DNA of 64,000 bases from Actinomycetota bacterium (GCA_046048895.1 JBJOFF010000002.1:56668-120667), one strand, 5' to 3'. Shown: positions 50,020-61,099, counted from the first letter of the stretch. The notes: generated by a model not told the origin, from the letters alone. A program made the numbers and translations.

Positions 50020-50814
50020 CCAAAAGTCAAAAGCGTTCGATATCTGCTTTGCCCAGGCTCTCTCGTTGTGCCCAGCGCCACGATAAACCGTACTCTTAAA
50101 GTTGGTACTCCAACCAAACTTTCTCATTAATTGATCAGCATAATCTTGGTCATATCTATAAGTACTATCTAATTTTTGATCTCCACGGCTCATCCAAACT
50201 TTATGTTTTCCAGGCTTTGGTAAATCAATTAATACATGATCAACCAAAGGCTTACCGCCTATGACCCAATGGGGTGAAAATGCTAGAGCTGTAGCAAAAA
50301 AGTCTTTTCTAATTCCTAATGCATTTAAAGTTGCTAAGCCACCCATGCTTGATCCAACCATTGCAGTATTTTCAAAGGTGGGCTTAAAGTTTAAGAATTC
50401 CGTAATTGTGGGAACAATTTCTTCGGCGATCAATTGCTGGTATTTATTTCCTTGTAAGTCATCAACATTAAGTTCAGTTTCAACTAATGGTTTTACTGAG
50501 GATTGGAATGCGCTCTGAGGTGTTAGATCTTTTGCTCGCCCAAGTGGGTTCTCTCTTGTGCTGGAGTGAAAGACTCCAATGATTGCCGGTGGCGTTAAAC
50601 CATGTTTTTCGAAGACCTTGATGGCATTTTGCGCCATGCGCCAGGTAAATCTTCTGGTAGCAGTTCTTGGGTCGAAGATATTTTGGCCATCATGAGCAAT
50701 TAACAGATGGGTTGGACGCTGTGGCGCCCAAAAATCAACCAAACGACCGTCAAAGCTGACTCGGTGAACTAGTCCAGGAACATTTCTTACTTGGAAATGC
50801 GAAATCTCCTTCAT
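50008..50814 (-). CDS. alpha/beta-hydrolase, putative esterase family
   Basis: Nucleophile elbow GSSMGG and an esterase-D-like layout. It overlaps the convergent amylase gene by 12 nt. Confidence 0.65.
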   Translation of the reverse strand: MKEISHFQVRNVPGLVHRVSFDGRLVDFWAPQRPTHLLIAHDGQNIFDPRTATRRFTWRMAQNAIKVFEKHGLTPPAIIGVFHSSTRENPLGRAKDLTPQSAFQSSVKPLVETELNVDDLQGNKYQQLIAEEIVPTITEFLNFKPTFENTAMVGSSMGGLATLNALGIRKDFFATALAFSPHWVIGGKPLVDHVLIDLPKPGKHKVWMSRGDQKLDSTYRYDQDYADQLMRKFGWSTNFKSTVYRGAGHNERAWAKQISNAFDFWLLD

Positions 50815-50831
50815 GATGAAACACTAGCACT

Positions 50832-52157
50832 GTGAAGCGAAACATTATGTGGTTCCGTCGAGATTTACGTCTTGGCGATAATCCTGCCTTGCTGGCAGCG
50901 ATTGAGAATGCAGATGAAATTGTTCCTCTTTTCATTTTGGATCCGAATCTAATTAAACAAGCGGGCAGTAAGAGATTGGCATATTTAGCCAATTCATTAA
51001 GAGCTCTTGATAAATCTTTAAATGGATGTCTGCACGTAGTAGTCGGTGATCAAGTCGAAGTCTTAAAAAGTTACCAAGCTGCAGAGGTCCATATTTCAAA
51101 AGAGTACGAACCATATGGCGCAGCAAGAGATAAGCGAGTACTTGAATCCGGAATAAATTTAATAGAAACCGGAAGCCCATATGCTGTTGCACCAGGCAGA
51201 GTTCGTAAACCCGACGATACCAACTATCGTGTTTATACACCTTTCTATAAAGGCTGGATGGCGCATGGCTGGCGGGATCCCGTATCTGCGCCACGAGAAA
51301 TTAATGCCGTTAAACCAAATTCTGAACAAAGAGCATTTCCGGAATGGAAAACTGATCTTGAGATCCCACTAGCCGGTGAGGCGGTAGCGCTAGATAGATT
51401 TGAATGGTTTAAAAAGAATGCGCTAAATCAATATGATGAAATGCGAAATATGGCAGATATCGATGGAACTAGTCGTATGAGCGCGCATTTAAAGTTTGGT
51501 GAAGTACATCCGCGCACTTTGTTAAAAGGATTGAATGCGACTAAAGCTCACGACACATTCCGAAAAGAAATTGCTTGGCGTGAATTTTACGCAGATGTGC
51601 TCTTTCATAATCCGCACACAATAGATGGCTACTACACAGAGCGCTTTGAGAAGATGCGCTATGAAGAGCCTGGAGATAATTTCAAAGCTTGGTGCGAGGG
51701 TAAAACCGGATATCCATTTGTTGATGCTGCAATGCGCCAACTTCTAACAACAGGCTGGATGCACAATCGAACCCGTATGGTGGTGGCTTCTTTCTTAGTT
51801 AAAGACTTGCATATCGAATGGCAGCACGGAGCTAATTTCTTCATGGAGCATTTAGTTGATTACGACCCAGCGAGCAATTCACATGGTTGGCAGTGGACTG
51901 CCGGATGCGGCACAGATGCCTCGCCTTACTACCGAGTTTTTAATCCAATTGAGCAGGGCAAGAAGTTTGATCCAAATGGTGATTACATTAGAAAATTTAT
52001 TCCAGAGCTTAAAGATGTGCCTACTGAATTAATTCACGAACCTGGGTTGGCTTATATAAATCCGATTGTGGACCATAAAGTTGAGCGGGTAGAAGCGCTG
52101 GCGCGCCTAGAAGAGATTAAAGAAATTAAAGGATTTTTACCCGAACCACAAGCCTGA
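50832..52157 (+). CDS. phr: deoxyribodipyrimidine photo-lyase (class I CPD photolyase)
   Basis: MWFRRDLRLGDN, WREFY, TGYPFVDAAMRQL..TGWMHNRTRM and GWQW. The true start may be the ATG at 50847. Confidence 0.9.
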   Translation: MKRNIMWFRRDLRLGDNPALLAAIENADEIVPLFILDPNLIKQAGSKRLAYLANSLRALDKSLNGCLHVVVGDQVEVLKSYQAAEVHISKEYEPYGAARDKRVLESGINLIETGSPYAVAPGRVRKPDDTNYRVYTPFYKGWMAHGWRDPVSAPREINAVKPNSEQRAFPEWKTDLEIPLAGEAVALDRFEWFKKNALNQYDEMRNMADIDGTSRMSAHLKFGEVHPRTLLKGLNATKAHDTFRKEIAWREFYADVLFHNPHTIDGYYTERFEKMRYEEPGDNFKAWCEGKTGYPFVDAAMRQLLTTGWMHNRTRMVVASFLVKDLHIEWQHGANFFMEHLVDYDPASNSHGWQWTAGCGTDASPYYRVFNPIEQGKKFDPNGDYIRKFIPELKDVPTELIHEPGLAYINPIVDHKVERVEALARLEEIKEIKGFLPEPQA

Positions 52158-52176
52158 TAACCTACGCCTGCTTAAC

Positions 52177-52258
52177 GGTAGATTGCCCGAGCGGCCAATG
52201 GGAGCGGACTGTAAATCCGCCGGCTCTGCCTTCGAAGGTTCAAATCCTTCATCTACCA
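52177..52258 (+). tRNA. tRNA-Tyr (anticodon GTA), class II with long variable arm, no encoded CCA
   Basis: GGTAGATTGCCCGAGCGGCCAATGGGAGCGGACTGTAAATCCGCCGGCTCTGCCTTCGAAGGTTCAAATCCTTCATCTACCA. The 7-bp acceptor stem GGTAGAT/ATCTACC pairs, and the sequence is near-colinear with E. coli tRNA-Tyr. Confidence 0.95.
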
Positions 52259-52270
52259 CAAGCGTTAAAA

Positions 52271-52295
52271 GCGCCACTGATAGTGGCGCTTTTTT
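52271..52295 (+). terminator. intrinsic terminator after tRNA-Tyr
   Basis: GCGCCAC-TGATA-GTGGCGC followed by TTTTTTC. Confidence 0.85.
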
Positions 52296-52318
52296 CATTT
52301 GAGGCATAGTTTTCAGGC

Positions 52319-53515
52319 ATGGCCTATGACGTTAATCGAATTAGAAAAGAATTTCCTTCTTTGGATTCAGGTATTGCATTCTTTGATGGACCCGGAGGTT
52401 CGCAAGTACCAAGATCTGTTGGTGAGGCAATGGCCAAAGCAATCACCCAGCCAACTTCGAATAGAAATACGGTAACCATTTCAGAACAGAATGCAGAAGA
52501 TTGCGTTCAAGCTTATCGAAATGCGGTGGCAGATTTATTAAATTGTGATCCTAAGGGCGTTATCTATGGCCGCAGTTGGACGCAATTAACTTATGACATG
52601 TCGCGTAACTTGGCTAAAAGTTGGGGACCGGGCGATGAGATTATTGTTACTCGCATTGATCACGATTCAAATATTCGACCATGGATTCAAGCAGCTGAAT
52701 CAAAAGGCGCAACTGTTAAGTGGGCGGAATTTGATGTAGAAACTGGCGAACTTCCAGTTGAAGCAATTTCTTCGCTATTAACGAATAAAACTAAGTTCGT
52801 AGCTTGCACGGGTGCTGCAAATACTTTGGGAACACGTCCAGATATTGCAGCAATTGCTAAAGCAGTACATGCTGTTGGCGCGCTATTTTTAGTAGATGCG
52901 GTGCACCTAACACCACATGCGGCGATTGATTTTAAAGCGATTGGTGCTGATTTTATCGGCTTCTCTTCCTACAAGATATTTGGACCTCACTGCGGAACCA
53001 TGGTTGCTGATCCTGCGCTCTTAGAAACTATTAAAAACGATAAATTAGCTCCGTCTACTACGGTAGTTCCAGAGCGATTTGAATTCGGAACGTTGCCGTA
53101 TGAAATTATGGCTGGCGTTAGCGCTTCCATAGATTTCATTGCCGGAATGGATCACGAAGCGACTGGAACTCGTAGAGAACGTATCGTTAAATCAATGGCC
53201 GCTTTAGAGCAGTACGAGCATCCACTTTTTGAGTATCTGGAAAGAGAGATCAAGGGATTGCCTGGTGTAACTACTTATGGCCACGCAAAACACCGCACTC
53301 CAACGCTCTACTTTAATTTTGCGGGTAAAGATTCAGTTGAAATCTATAAGCACCTTGCAAAGTTGAAAGTTAATGCACCAGCGCACAATTTCTATGCTTA
53401 TGAAGCCTCACACAAGTTGGGATTAGGAGATAAAGGTGCGATGAGAGCTGGGCTGGCACCATATTCAACAAAAGAAGATATCGATAGGTTGGTTGACGGG
53501 CTAAAGAGCTTTTAA
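52319..53515 (+). CDS. aminotransferase class V-fold PLP enzyme (cysteine desulfurase-like)
   Basis: 398 aa, with a PLP-lysine region FSSYKIFGPH. Blocks HDSNIRPW and DAVH are also present. Confidence 0.7.
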   Translation: MAYDVNRIRKEFPSLDSGIAFFDGPGGSQVPRSVGEAMAKAITQPTSNRNTVTISEQNAEDCVQAYRNAVADLLNCDPKGVIYGRSWTQLTYDMSRNLAKSWGPGDEIIVTRIDHDSNIRPWIQAAESKGATVKWAEFDVETGELPVEAISSLLTNKTKFVACTGAANTLGTRPDIAAIAKAVHAVGALFLVDAVHLTPHAAIDFKAIGADFIGFSSYKIFGPHCGTMVADPALLETIKNDKLAPSTTVVPERFEFGTLPYEIMAGVSASIDFIAGMDHEATGTRRERIVKSMAALEQYEHPLFEYLEREIKGLPGVTTYGHAKHRTPTLYFNFAGKDSVEIYKHLAKLKVNAPAHNFYAYEASHKLGLGDKGAMRAGLAPYSTKEDIDRLVDGLKSF

Positions 53516-54886
53516 CGCGCTAACAACTTTAGATAGTGATGCTTTAGCATCACCAAAGAGCAAAGTTGTTTTTGGATCGTAAAGCAATTCATTTTCAATT
53601 CCGGCAAAACCTGGTCGCATTGAACGTTTTAAGAAGATGATGTTTGCAGCTTGATCAACATCCAAGATTGGCATGCCATAGATTGGTGCGCCTGGAGTAG
53701 TTTTAGCTGCAGGATTTACCACGTCATTAGCACCAACGACTAACGCCACATCAGTCTGACCGAATGTTGGATTAACATCTTCCATTTCCACTAATTGCTC
53801 GTAAGGAACATTGGCTTCTGCAAGTAGCACGTTCATATGACCTGGCATGCGACCCGCAACTGGATGAATACCGTAGGCAACGTCGATTCCTTTGGCGGTC
53901 AACAAATCTGCCATTTCGCGAATTGTGTGTTGAGCCTGCGCAACTGCTAAGCCATAACCAGGAACGATTACTACTCGACGTGCATAATTAAGCAAAATTG
54001 CTACGTCATCTGGTGAACCACTTCTAACTGGGCGTGATTCTTGTTCGCCACTTCCAGCAACTGCTTTAGCAGTGAAAGCGCCAAAGAGAGTTCCCATAAC
54101 AGAGCGACCCATCGCTACTGCCATTAATCGAGTCAAGATAGTTCCAGATGCGCCAACCAAGGTTCCAGCCACAATCAACAAGATATTCTCTAGTACATAT
54201 CCGCTTGCAGCCACAGTTAAACCGGTAAAAGCATTTAAAAGCGAGATCACAATAGGCACATCCGCGCCGCCCACTGGTAGCACAAATAACACGCCAAAAA
54301 TCAAGGAAAGCAGAGCAAGGAGTTCAAGCAAGCCATTACCGCCTTGAACGATTACTAATCCAGCGTTTACAAAAATGCCAATTAATGTTGCAGCAATAAC
54401 AAATCTGCCGCCAGGGAAAACCACTGGGCGAGTAGTCATTAGCTCTTGCAACTTTAGGAAAGTGACAATTGAACCGCTAAAGGAGATGCAACCTACGACT
54501 ACCGTGAAAACCGTAGCGATAACAGCCAGTGTCGATGCGGAATCACCAAGATTTAAATATTCAACAATGGCAACTAGTGCTGCCGCGCCGCCACCAACGC
54601 CATTAAATAACGCAACCATTTGTGGCATCTGAGTCATTTGAACCATACGCGCAGCAGGTACTCCAAATGCCACGCCAATTAGCAATGCACCAAGTATCCA
54701 AGGAAGATTCTTTAGCGAACCTTCGTCGCTCTTGTAAAAGAAGACTACAAATGTTGCGACACCCGCACCAATCGCGCCAATTACATTTCCGCGTCGTGCA
54801 CTCTTTGGAGACGAAAGACCTTTAAGTGCGAGAATAAAAGCTACTGCCGATAACAGGCCAAGTAAGTCATAGAGGTTTCGGTTCAT
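53501..54886 (-). CDS. pntB: NAD(P) transhydrogenase subunit beta
   Basis: Polytopic N-terminal domain plus the dIII domain (VPGYGLAVAQAQH, GRMPGHMNVLLAEA, GANDVVNPAA). Confidence 0.95.
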   Translation of the reverse strand: MNRNLYDLLGLLSAVAFILALKGLSSPKSARRGNVIGAIGAGVATFVVFFYKSDEGSLKNLPWILGALLIGVAFGVPAARMVQMTQMPQMVALFNGVGGGAAALVAIVEYLNLGDSASTLAVIATVFTVVVGCISFSGSIVTFLKLQELMTTRPVVFPGGRFVIAATLIGIFVNAGLVIVQGGNGLLELLALLSLIFGVLFVLPVGGADVPIVISLLNAFTGLTVAASGYVLENILLIVAGTLVGASGTILTRLMAVAMGRSVMGTLFGAFTAKAVAGSGEQESRPVRSGSPDDVAILLNYARRVVIVPGYGLAVAQAQHTIREMADLLTAKGIDVAYGIHPVAGRMPGHMNVLLAEANVPYEQLVEMEDVNPTFGQTDVALVVGANDVVNPAAKTTPGAPIYGMPILDVDQAANIIFLKRSMRPGFAGIENELLYDPKTTLLFGDAKASLSKVVSALKAL

Positions 54887-55167
54887 TACTTCTTACCTTT
54901 GAACATTTCTAGCATGCGATCTGTTACCACAAAGCCGCCCACCATATTTATAGTGGCCAGTACCACCGCAATTAATCCGAGGATAAGTTCTAGACCACCT
55001 TCAGCATGGCCAGCAACCAAGATAGCGCCAACCAAGATGATTCCGTGAATTGCATTTGCACCTGACATCAAAGGCGTATGCAATGTAGTTGATACTTTAG
55101 AAACCACCTCAAAACCAACGAAAACCGCCAATGTAAAGATGGCTAATAGCGCTAAGCCATTGCTCAT
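54886..55167 (-). CDS. pntAB: NAD(P) transhydrogenase subunit alpha part 2 (membrane)
   Basis: A 93 aa, 3-TM protein with HTPLMSGANAIHGII. ATGA/TAATG-type junctions on both sides. Confidence 0.9.
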   Translation of the reverse strand: MSNGLALLAIFTLAVFVGFEVVSKVSTTLHTPLMSGANAIHGIILVGAILVAGHAEGGLELILGLIAVVLATINMVGGFVVTDRMLEMFKGKK

Positions 55168-56279
55168 GAATTTCTCCTTACGCCGTTATGAGTTAGCGCC
55201 GAAGCGTTAACAATTTCATCTTCAAAATCAATGTTTAATGCCACATTTTCGCCCTCTTTTGCTGGCGAGGTAATTAGCGTCAATAGATTTAATAGATTAC
55301 GTGAATAGAGGCTAGATGCGTGAAAAGGTAGTGAGCTAGGTACATCCTTACCGCCCCAAATAATCACACCACCTTTAGTCGTAACAATCTCTCCGGCGAC
55401 AGATCCTTCAACGTTGCCGCCAGTTTCTGCAGCTAAATCAACAATCACTGAACCTGGAGCCATTGCATCAACCATGCTCTTCGTCATCAAACGTGGCGCA
55501 GTTCTTCCAGGAACTGCTGCGGTAGTAATTACGACATTAGATTTTGCAATATATGGTGTAAGTAAATCCTGTTGTTGTTTTGCACGCTCTTCGGTCATCT
55601 CTCTTGCATAACCACCAGCGCCAGCTAGCGATTCAAGATTTAAATCGATAAATGCCGCACCCATAGATTTGACTTCATCGGCTGAAGAGGGCCTAACGTC
55701 ATAGGCACTAACTACTGCGCCTAAGCGTCTTGCGGTTGCAATTGCTTGCAATCCCGCGACTCCCGCACCAAGCACTAGAACTTGTGCAGGAGTTACAGTT
55801 CCCGCCGCTGTCATCAGCAAGGGAAAGAATCTTGGACTTAGTTCCGCGCCTATCAATGCGGCTTTGTAACCAGCACATAGCGCTTGCGATGTTAGGGCAT
55901 CCATAGATTGTGCACGTGAAATGCGAGGTACTAGCTCCATTGAAAAAGAGGTCGCACCTGCTTTTGCCAGAGCATCAATATTCTCAATGGATGTAGTCGG
56001 GGATAGGAAAGATATGGTAACTGCACCAGTTTTAAGTGCGGCTGTTTGGGCCGGCGTGAGAGGTTGAACTGAAAGGATTACATCTGCATCTTTCAATACC
56101 TCGTTCGCAATTTTCGCTCCGGCAGCTTCGTAGTCATTATCAGTAGCTTGAGCATAAATTCCAGCTCCGCTTTCAATAATTACTTCATAACCAAGCTTGG
56201 TGAATTTACTAATTACATCTGGAACGAGCGCCACGCGCTTCTCGCCAGCCTTGATTTCTTTCGGGACTGCTACACGCAT
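55164..56279 (-). CDS. pntAA: NAD(P) transhydrogenase subunit alpha part 1 (dI, alanine dehydrogenase-like)
   Basis: MRVAVPKEIKAGEKRVAL, VLVLGAGVAGLQAI and SRAQSMDALTSQ. Confidence 0.95.
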   Translation of the reverse strand: MRVAVPKEIKAGEKRVALVPDVISKFTKLGYEVIIESGAGIYAQATDNDYEAAGAKIANEVLKDADVILSVQPLTPAQTAALKTGAVTISFLSPTTSIENIDALAKAGATSFSMELVPRISRAQSMDALTSQALCAGYKAALIGAELSPRFFPLLMTAAGTVTPAQVLVLGAGVAGLQAIATARRLGAVVSAYDVRPSSADEVKSMGAAFIDLNLESLAGAGGYAREMTEERAKQQQDLLTPYIAKSNVVITTAAVPGRTAPRLMTKSMVDAMAPGSVIVDLAAETGGNVEGSVAGEIVTTKGGVIIWGGKDVPSSLPFHASSLYSRNLLNLLTLITSPAKEGENVALNIDFEDEIVNASALTHNGVRRNS

Positions 56280-56311
56280 GTAGCAAATGTACTCAACACA
56301 AGGGTTGGATA

Positions 56312-57253
56312 CTAGATACGACCCTTTAACTCTCCACGTGTTAAGTGGTAGAGCAGCGCTTGAATGGTGGTGCGACGATGAAAAGCTTCGCGCCAGATTA
56401 CAGATTTTGCGCCATCAATCACTTTTGCTTCGACCTCTTCACCGCGATGTGCAGGTAAACAATGCATAAAGATTGAATCTTTTGCAGTTTGTGACATTAG
56501 AAACTCGGTAACTGCAAAAGGCGCTAGCACTTTCATCTTTTCATTTCTTTCAGATTCAGGATCACCCATAGACATCCAAACATCGGTGTAAACAACTGAT
56601 GCATCTTTGGCGGCAACATTGGGATCGTTTGTTAATTCGATTGATCCACCTGACTCTTTTGCAATTTCTCTTGCCTTTGAAACTACCGCAGAATCTGGTG
56701 CCCATTTTCCTTCAGGAGTAGCGGCGACTACATGCGCACCCATGATGGCGCCCATGATTAACCAAGCATGCGTCATATTGTTGCCATCACCAAAATATGA
56801 AAATTTTCGACCAGAAATATCTTTTCCAAATACTTCTCGAATTGTTACCCAGTCTGCCAGCAATTGAGTTGGGTGATCATCGTCGGTCAAAGCATTAATC
56901 ACGGGAATTGAAGAATTTGCGCCAAGTTCGTCTACATCGGATTGCTTATAGGTACGAATAATAAAGGCATCGCAGAATCCGGAGATGATCTTTGCAGTAT
57001 CAGCAATAGTTTCGCCGCGACCTAGTTGCAGCTCATCGCCACGAATAAAAATCGGAGTTCCGCCTAAATGTGCAGTTGCAGTCTCGGATGCCAGGCGGGT
57101 GCGGGTCGAAGGTTTGGTCATATAAATAGCCACAGTTTTATTACGCAAATGCTCGGCAGCCGAAAGTGGCGAATTTGCAAATTTGGCAGAGGTCTCTAGT
57201 AACAATTCGACATCATCACGTGACAAATCTGCGGTGCGTAGTAAGTCCTTCAT
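56312..57253 (-). CDS. argF: ornithine carbamoyltransferase
   Basis: The STRTR, HPTQ, DVWMSMG and HCLPAHRGEEV motifs are all present. Confidence 0.9.
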   Translation of the reverse strand: MKDLLRTADLSRDDVELLLETSAKFANSPLSAAEHLRNKTVAIYMTKPSTRTRLASETATAHLGGTPIFIRGDELQLGRGETIADTAKIISGFCDAFIIRTYKQSDVDELGANSSIPVINALTDDDHPTQLLADWVTIREVFGKDISGRKFSYFGDGNNMTHAWLIMGAIMGAHVVAATPEGKWAPDSAVVSKAREIAKESGGSIELTNDPNVAAKDASVVYTDVWMSMGDPESERNEKMKVLAPFAVTEFLMSQTAKDSIFMHCLPAHRGEEVEAKVIDGAKSVIWREAFHRRTTIQALLYHLTRGELKGRI

Positions 57254-57288
57254 CTGATAATTCTACCTGTAAAAGTAAACTCCCACTT

Positions 57289-59013
57289 ATGTTAAAGAGA
57301 GCCCGGGTAATCGCTTCGTTAGCTGCAATAGCGCTGCTTACGACAACCCCAGCTTTTGCCGAAAATGCGCAACCACGAAAAATATATAGTGGCTGGATTC
57401 CTTACTATGCGATGAAAACATCTCTGCCAGCAGCCCTCAATAACAGCGATTTAATTAAAGAGGTAATGCCGTTTTGGTACACCTTCAAATTAACTGGCGG
57501 AAAGCCAACGGTAACGGATCTGTATTCTCCAGCAAATCCGAGTGTTCCGATTACAACACCAATCACTACCATGAAGAACGCTGGATTTACGATTATCCCT
57601 ACTATCACTGATGGCATGGAAAAATTAGTGCTATCAAATCTACTCTCATCGGAAAGCGGTCGAACCGCAGCAGTTAAAGCCATAACCGAGAAAGTATTGG
57701 CAAATAATTTCGATGGGATAGATTTAGATTTTGAGGGATTCGCGTTTGTAGATGGAAATACAAGTTGGGATAAAACCAAACCAAATTGGATAGCCTTTGT
57801 GAAAGCATTAAGCGCTTCACTTCATGCAAATGGGAAATTGCTATCAATAACCACGCCATATTTATTAGATCCAGCAAGTGGTAAAAAAGGATATTACGTT
57901 TACGCATGGGCGGATATTGCTCCGGTAATTGATCGCTTAAGAATCATGACTTACGACTATTCAGTCGCAAAGCCAGGACCAATCGGACCAATATCTTGGA
58001 TCGAAAGTACTCTTAAATATGCAATTTCAATCATGCCGGCATCAAAAGTTTACGTGGGATTAGCAGGTTACGGTCGCGATTGGGTTACGAAGGTAGAAGG
58101 TGTTTGCCCTGCAGATGTTTCAAAAACAGTCGTAGCTGGAGCGAAGGCTGCAACATTCATCATGAGTAATGCTGCCAATTTAGCTGCAGGTTACGGCGCC
58201 GCAATTACTTACAATGAGACTTTTCAAGAAGCAACTTTTACGTACAGGAAAACTTATAACGGTAATACCGCTACTGGTCTATCTACAAGTTGTACCGCAA
58301 CCAGAGTAGCTTGGTATCAAGATGCTAGAGCTTTTGAAGCACGTACTAATTTGGTTTCAAAGTACCGCCTGGGCGGAGTAGTGGCATGGACAATCGGATT
58401 TGAGGACGCGCAAGCAATGACTAATGTCAGAAATGTTGCAGTATCTATTGCACCGGACAAAGTCATCTCCAGTATCTCGAGTGATTTGAGTGAATTTGTT
58501 TATGGACAGCCGATTAATCTAAGCGGCATCTTTACTCTGCCTGACAAGCAACCAATTGCTTCGCTACCGATAAAAGTTGAAGTAAAGAGCGCTTTAGATA
58601 TCAATTGGCGAGAAATTGCTACCCTGACAACAGGCATAGATGGAAAAGTGACTTTGCCGATTTACTTAGGTGTAAATCAAAATGTGCGTTTTAGAAGCGA
58701 AGCCACTTGGGAACGTACCGAAGGAATATCAAACGAACAAACTATAAAAGTAAAGCCACAAATAAAAATTTCTGCTCCCACCAGTGTGATTTCCGGTAGC
58801 AAAATTTTGATTAATGGTTTGATTAATCCAGGCAGGGATCTACCCGTGATACTTGAGAAATTTGATGGAAAGTGGAGTCAGGTGGCAACCACAATCACTG
58901 ATGCCAATGGAAATTACTCCTTTAGTTACGTAGCTAATAACGGGCCATTTTTGAAATTACGCGTAAGTGCAGCAGGCGCTCAATCAGCAGCAGTGACTGT
59001 AGTAGTTCGTTAA
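57289..59013 (+). CDS. secreted GH18-family glycosyl hydrolase-like protein with two C-terminal Ig-like beta-sandwich repeats
   Basis: The start is moved to the ATG at 57289, giving the signal peptide MLKRARVIASLAAIALLTTTPAFA. The track start at 57166 overlaps argF. The GH18 catalytic block FDGIDLDFE is present. Confidence 0.75.
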   Translation: MLKRARVIASLAAIALLTTTPAFAENAQPRKIYSGWIPYYAMKTSLPAALNNSDLIKEVMPFWYTFKLTGGKPTVTDLYSPANPSVPITTPITTMKNAGFTIIPTITDGMEKLVLSNLLSSESGRTAAVKAITEKVLANNFDGIDLDFEGFAFVDGNTSWDKTKPNWIAFVKALSASLHANGKLLSITTPYLLDPASGKKGYYVYAWADIAPVIDRLRIMTYDYSVAKPGPIGPISWIESTLKYAISIMPASKVYVGLAGYGRDWVTKVEGVCPADVSKTVVAGAKAATFIMSNAANLAAGYGAAITYNETFQEATFTYRKTYNGNTATGLSTSCTATRVAWYQDARAFEARTNLVSKYRLGGVVAWTIGFEDAQAMTNVRNVAVSIAPDKVISSISSDLSEFVYGQPINLSGIFTLPDKQPIASLPIKVEVKSALDINWREIATLTTGIDGKVTLPIYLGVNQNVRFRSEATWERTEGISNEQTIKVKPQIKISAPTSVISGSKILINGLINPGRDLPVILEKFDGKWSQVATTITDANGNYSFSYVANNGPFLKLRVSAAGAQSAAVTVVVR

Positions 59014-59034
59014 ATAAATTAGTTAAAATTAGCT

Positions 59035-59325
59035 ATGGTCAAAATCAATACGCAATTAGACGAAGAGCTAAAGGCAATCTTTAGCAATGACCGTCTTTGG
59101 GTCTGCGTAGTTTGGGATGATCCAGTTAATTTAATGTCATATGTGACCTATGTATTTATGGAGTTATTTGGCTACACCAAGGAACATGCCACCGAACTAA
59201 TGCTCAAAGTACACAATGATGGCAAAGCAGTGGTTTCTAATGGGTCACGAGAAGAGATGGAACGCGACGTTCAGAGACTTCATGAATATGGATTATGGGC
59301 GACTATTTCTAAAGAAGAACTTTGA
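59035..59325 (+). CDS. clpS: ATP-dependent Clp protease adaptor ClpS
   Basis: [17 protein letters not shown]...[16 protein letters not shown]. Confidence 0.9.
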   Translation: MVKINTQLDEELKAIFSNDRLWVCVVWDDPVNLMSYVTYVFMELFGYTKEHATELMLKVHNDGKAVVSNGSREEMERDVQRLHEYGLWATISKEEL

Positions 59326-59894
59326 TGAATCGCGAACCTACCGGTTTTAAACGCCACGGCGAGAATGAATATCAAGCTAAATTCTCTGATTCTGAGCGTG
59401 AAGTTTTGATTAATTTAAGCGAACAAATCATTGAATTACTCTCAGAAAGAGTGGATCATTCACAGAACGATCCACTTGCTGCCATGGTCGGAATTACCGT
59501 GCATGATTCACCGCCAGAGGATGAAGTTTTACTCCGTCTATTACCAAATGCATATGCAGATGAAGAAGCAGCATCTGAATTTAGAAGATATACCGAATCA
59601 ACTTTGCGTGATAAGAAGCGAGCACATTCAATGGCAATCAGAAGTAATTTAATAAATGCTGGCTCAGATCCAATTGATTTAGACCATGAAGGAGCAAATG
59701 CTTGGTTAGGTGGCTTAAACGATATTCGTTTGGCACTTGGAGTTAGATTAAAAATTGAGGATTCTCAACAGGAAAATTTAGAGTTATTAAAACCAGATGA
59801 TCCATTAAGAGCTGTTTATGCGGTGTATACATGGTTAGGTTGGCTGCAGGAGAGTCTGATTCAAGCGTTAATGGATGATGTCAACGAACGCTAA
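59322..59894 (+). CDS. DUF2017-family protein (conserved clpS neighbour in Actinomycetota)
   Basis: ATGA overlap with clpS. It is acidic and ends in WLGWLQESL. Confidence 0.6.
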   Translation: MMNREPTGFKRHGENEYQAKFSDSEREVLINLSEQIIELLSERVDHSQNDPLAAMVGITVHDSPPEDEVLLRLLPNAYADEEAASEFRRYTESTLRDKKRAHSMAIRSNLINAGSDPIDLDHEGANAWLGGLNDIRLALGVRLKIEDSQQENLELLKPDDPLRAVYAVYTWLGWLQESLIQALMDDVNER

Positions 59895-59903
59895 ACTAGC
59901 GGT

Positions 59904-61004
59904 ATGGCTGAACGAGATTACAACGGTGAGATTGCTGCGCTTAGCCAAACGCTCTCCGGAATCGAACAAGTACTTGATCTGCCAAAGTTAAAGATTGACG
60001 CTACAAATCTTGAAGCAGAAGCTGGCGCACCGGATCTCTGGAACGACACTGAAAATGCCCAGCGAGTAACTTCTAAATTAAGTCACACGCAATCGCAAAT
60101 TAATAGGCTAGTGACGCTTAGACGAAGAATCGAGGATGTTCCAGTTCTGCTCGAACTTGCAGCAGAAGCTGGCGACAAGAGTGCATATGCAGAGGCGGAT
60201 AAAGAACTCGATGCAATTACGAAGATTCTTAGTGAATTAGAAGTTCAAACTCTACTTTCAGGCGAATATGATGAAAGAGATGCCCTGGTAACAATTAGAT
60301 CTGAAGCCGGAGGCGTGGAAGCTTGTGATTGGGCCGAGATGATTAGTCGTATGTATTTACGATACTGCGAGCGACATAGTTTTAAAGTTGATGTCTTGGA
60401 AACTTCTTACGGCGAAGAGGCGGGAATTAAATCCACCACTTTTAGAGTTAGCGCGCCATATGCCTATGGCACTTTATCTGTCGAACAGGGAACACATCGC
60501 TTAGTTCGAATCTCGCCATTTGATTCTCAAAGTCGACGCCACACATCTTTTTGTGGAGTTGAAGTAGTTCCAGTTGTAGATCAAAGCGATCATATTGAAA
60601 TAGATGAGAAAGAAATTCGAGTAGATGTTTATCGTTCTTCTGGTCCAGGAGGACAAGGCGTGAACACCACAGATTCGGCAGTGCGCATCACTCATATACC
60701 AACTGGAATTGTGGTTTCATGTCAGAACGAACGTTCTCAAATTCAAAATAAAGCAACTGCGATGGCAGTTCTACAATCGAAATTACTCGAGCGTAGACGC
60801 CAAGAGGAGCAAGCAAAGATTGATGCGCTTAAAGGAAGTAACTCTGGATCATGGGGTAATCAGATGCGCTCTTACGTATTGCACCCTTATCAAATGGTGA
60901 AAGATTTACGTACCGACCATGAGACGGGAAATACGCAGGCAGTTCTAAATGGTGAGATTGATGATTTCATCGAATCTGGAATTCGTTGGCGCCGTACTGC
61001 GTAA
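59904..61004 (+). CDS. prfB: peptide chain release factor 2 (uninterrupted ORF, no +1 frameshift site)
   Basis: SPF tripeptide (RISPFDS) and GGQ ([19 protein letters not shown]). Confidence 0.95.
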   Translation: MAERDYNGEIAALSQTLSGIEQVLDLPKLKIDATNLEAEAGAPDLWNDTENAQRVTSKLSHTQSQINRLVTLRRRIEDVPVLLELAAEAGDKSAYAEADKELDAITKILSELEVQTLLSGEYDERDALVTIRSEAGGVEACDWAEMISRMYLRYCERHSFKVDVLETSYGEEAGIKSTTFRVSAPYAYGTLSVEQGTHRLVRISPFDSQSRRHTSFCGVEVVPVVDQSDHIEIDEKEIRVDVYRSSGPGGQGVNTTDSAVRITHIPTGIVVSCQNERSQIQNKATAMAVLQSKLLERRRQEEQAKIDALKGSNSGSWGNQMRSYVLHPYQMVKDLRTDHETGNTQAVLNGEIDDFIESGIRWRRTA

Positions 61005-61099
61005 TAAATCACCTTTAATCTAATTTGAGCGTGAGAAATAACTGAGAAATCAGCCAAATAGCCAGAATTTTCCATTTAGTTACCTAAACTTGCCCCGTT

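Noticed and set aside
56312-57253. An orphan carbamoyltransferase away from any arg operon, considered as a possible non-ornithine (putrescine, acetyl- or succinyl-ornithine) transcarbamylase.
   Set aside because: All the ornithine transcarbamylase signature motifs (STRTR, HPTQ, DVWMSMG, HCLP) are present. Dispersed arg genes are plausible in a streamlined genome.
57166-57288. An N-terminal extension of the GH18 ORF that overlaps the argF start.
   Set aside because: The ATG at 57289 gives a canonical signal peptide, and the extension lies antisense to the argF coding sequence.
59904-61004. Looked for the programmed +1 frameshift site (CTT TGA C near codon 26) that is common in prfB.
   Set aside because: The ORF is uninterrupted from ATG to stop (366 aa) with no in-frame TGA. 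I believe many Actinomycetota lack the frameshift, so this is not anomalous.
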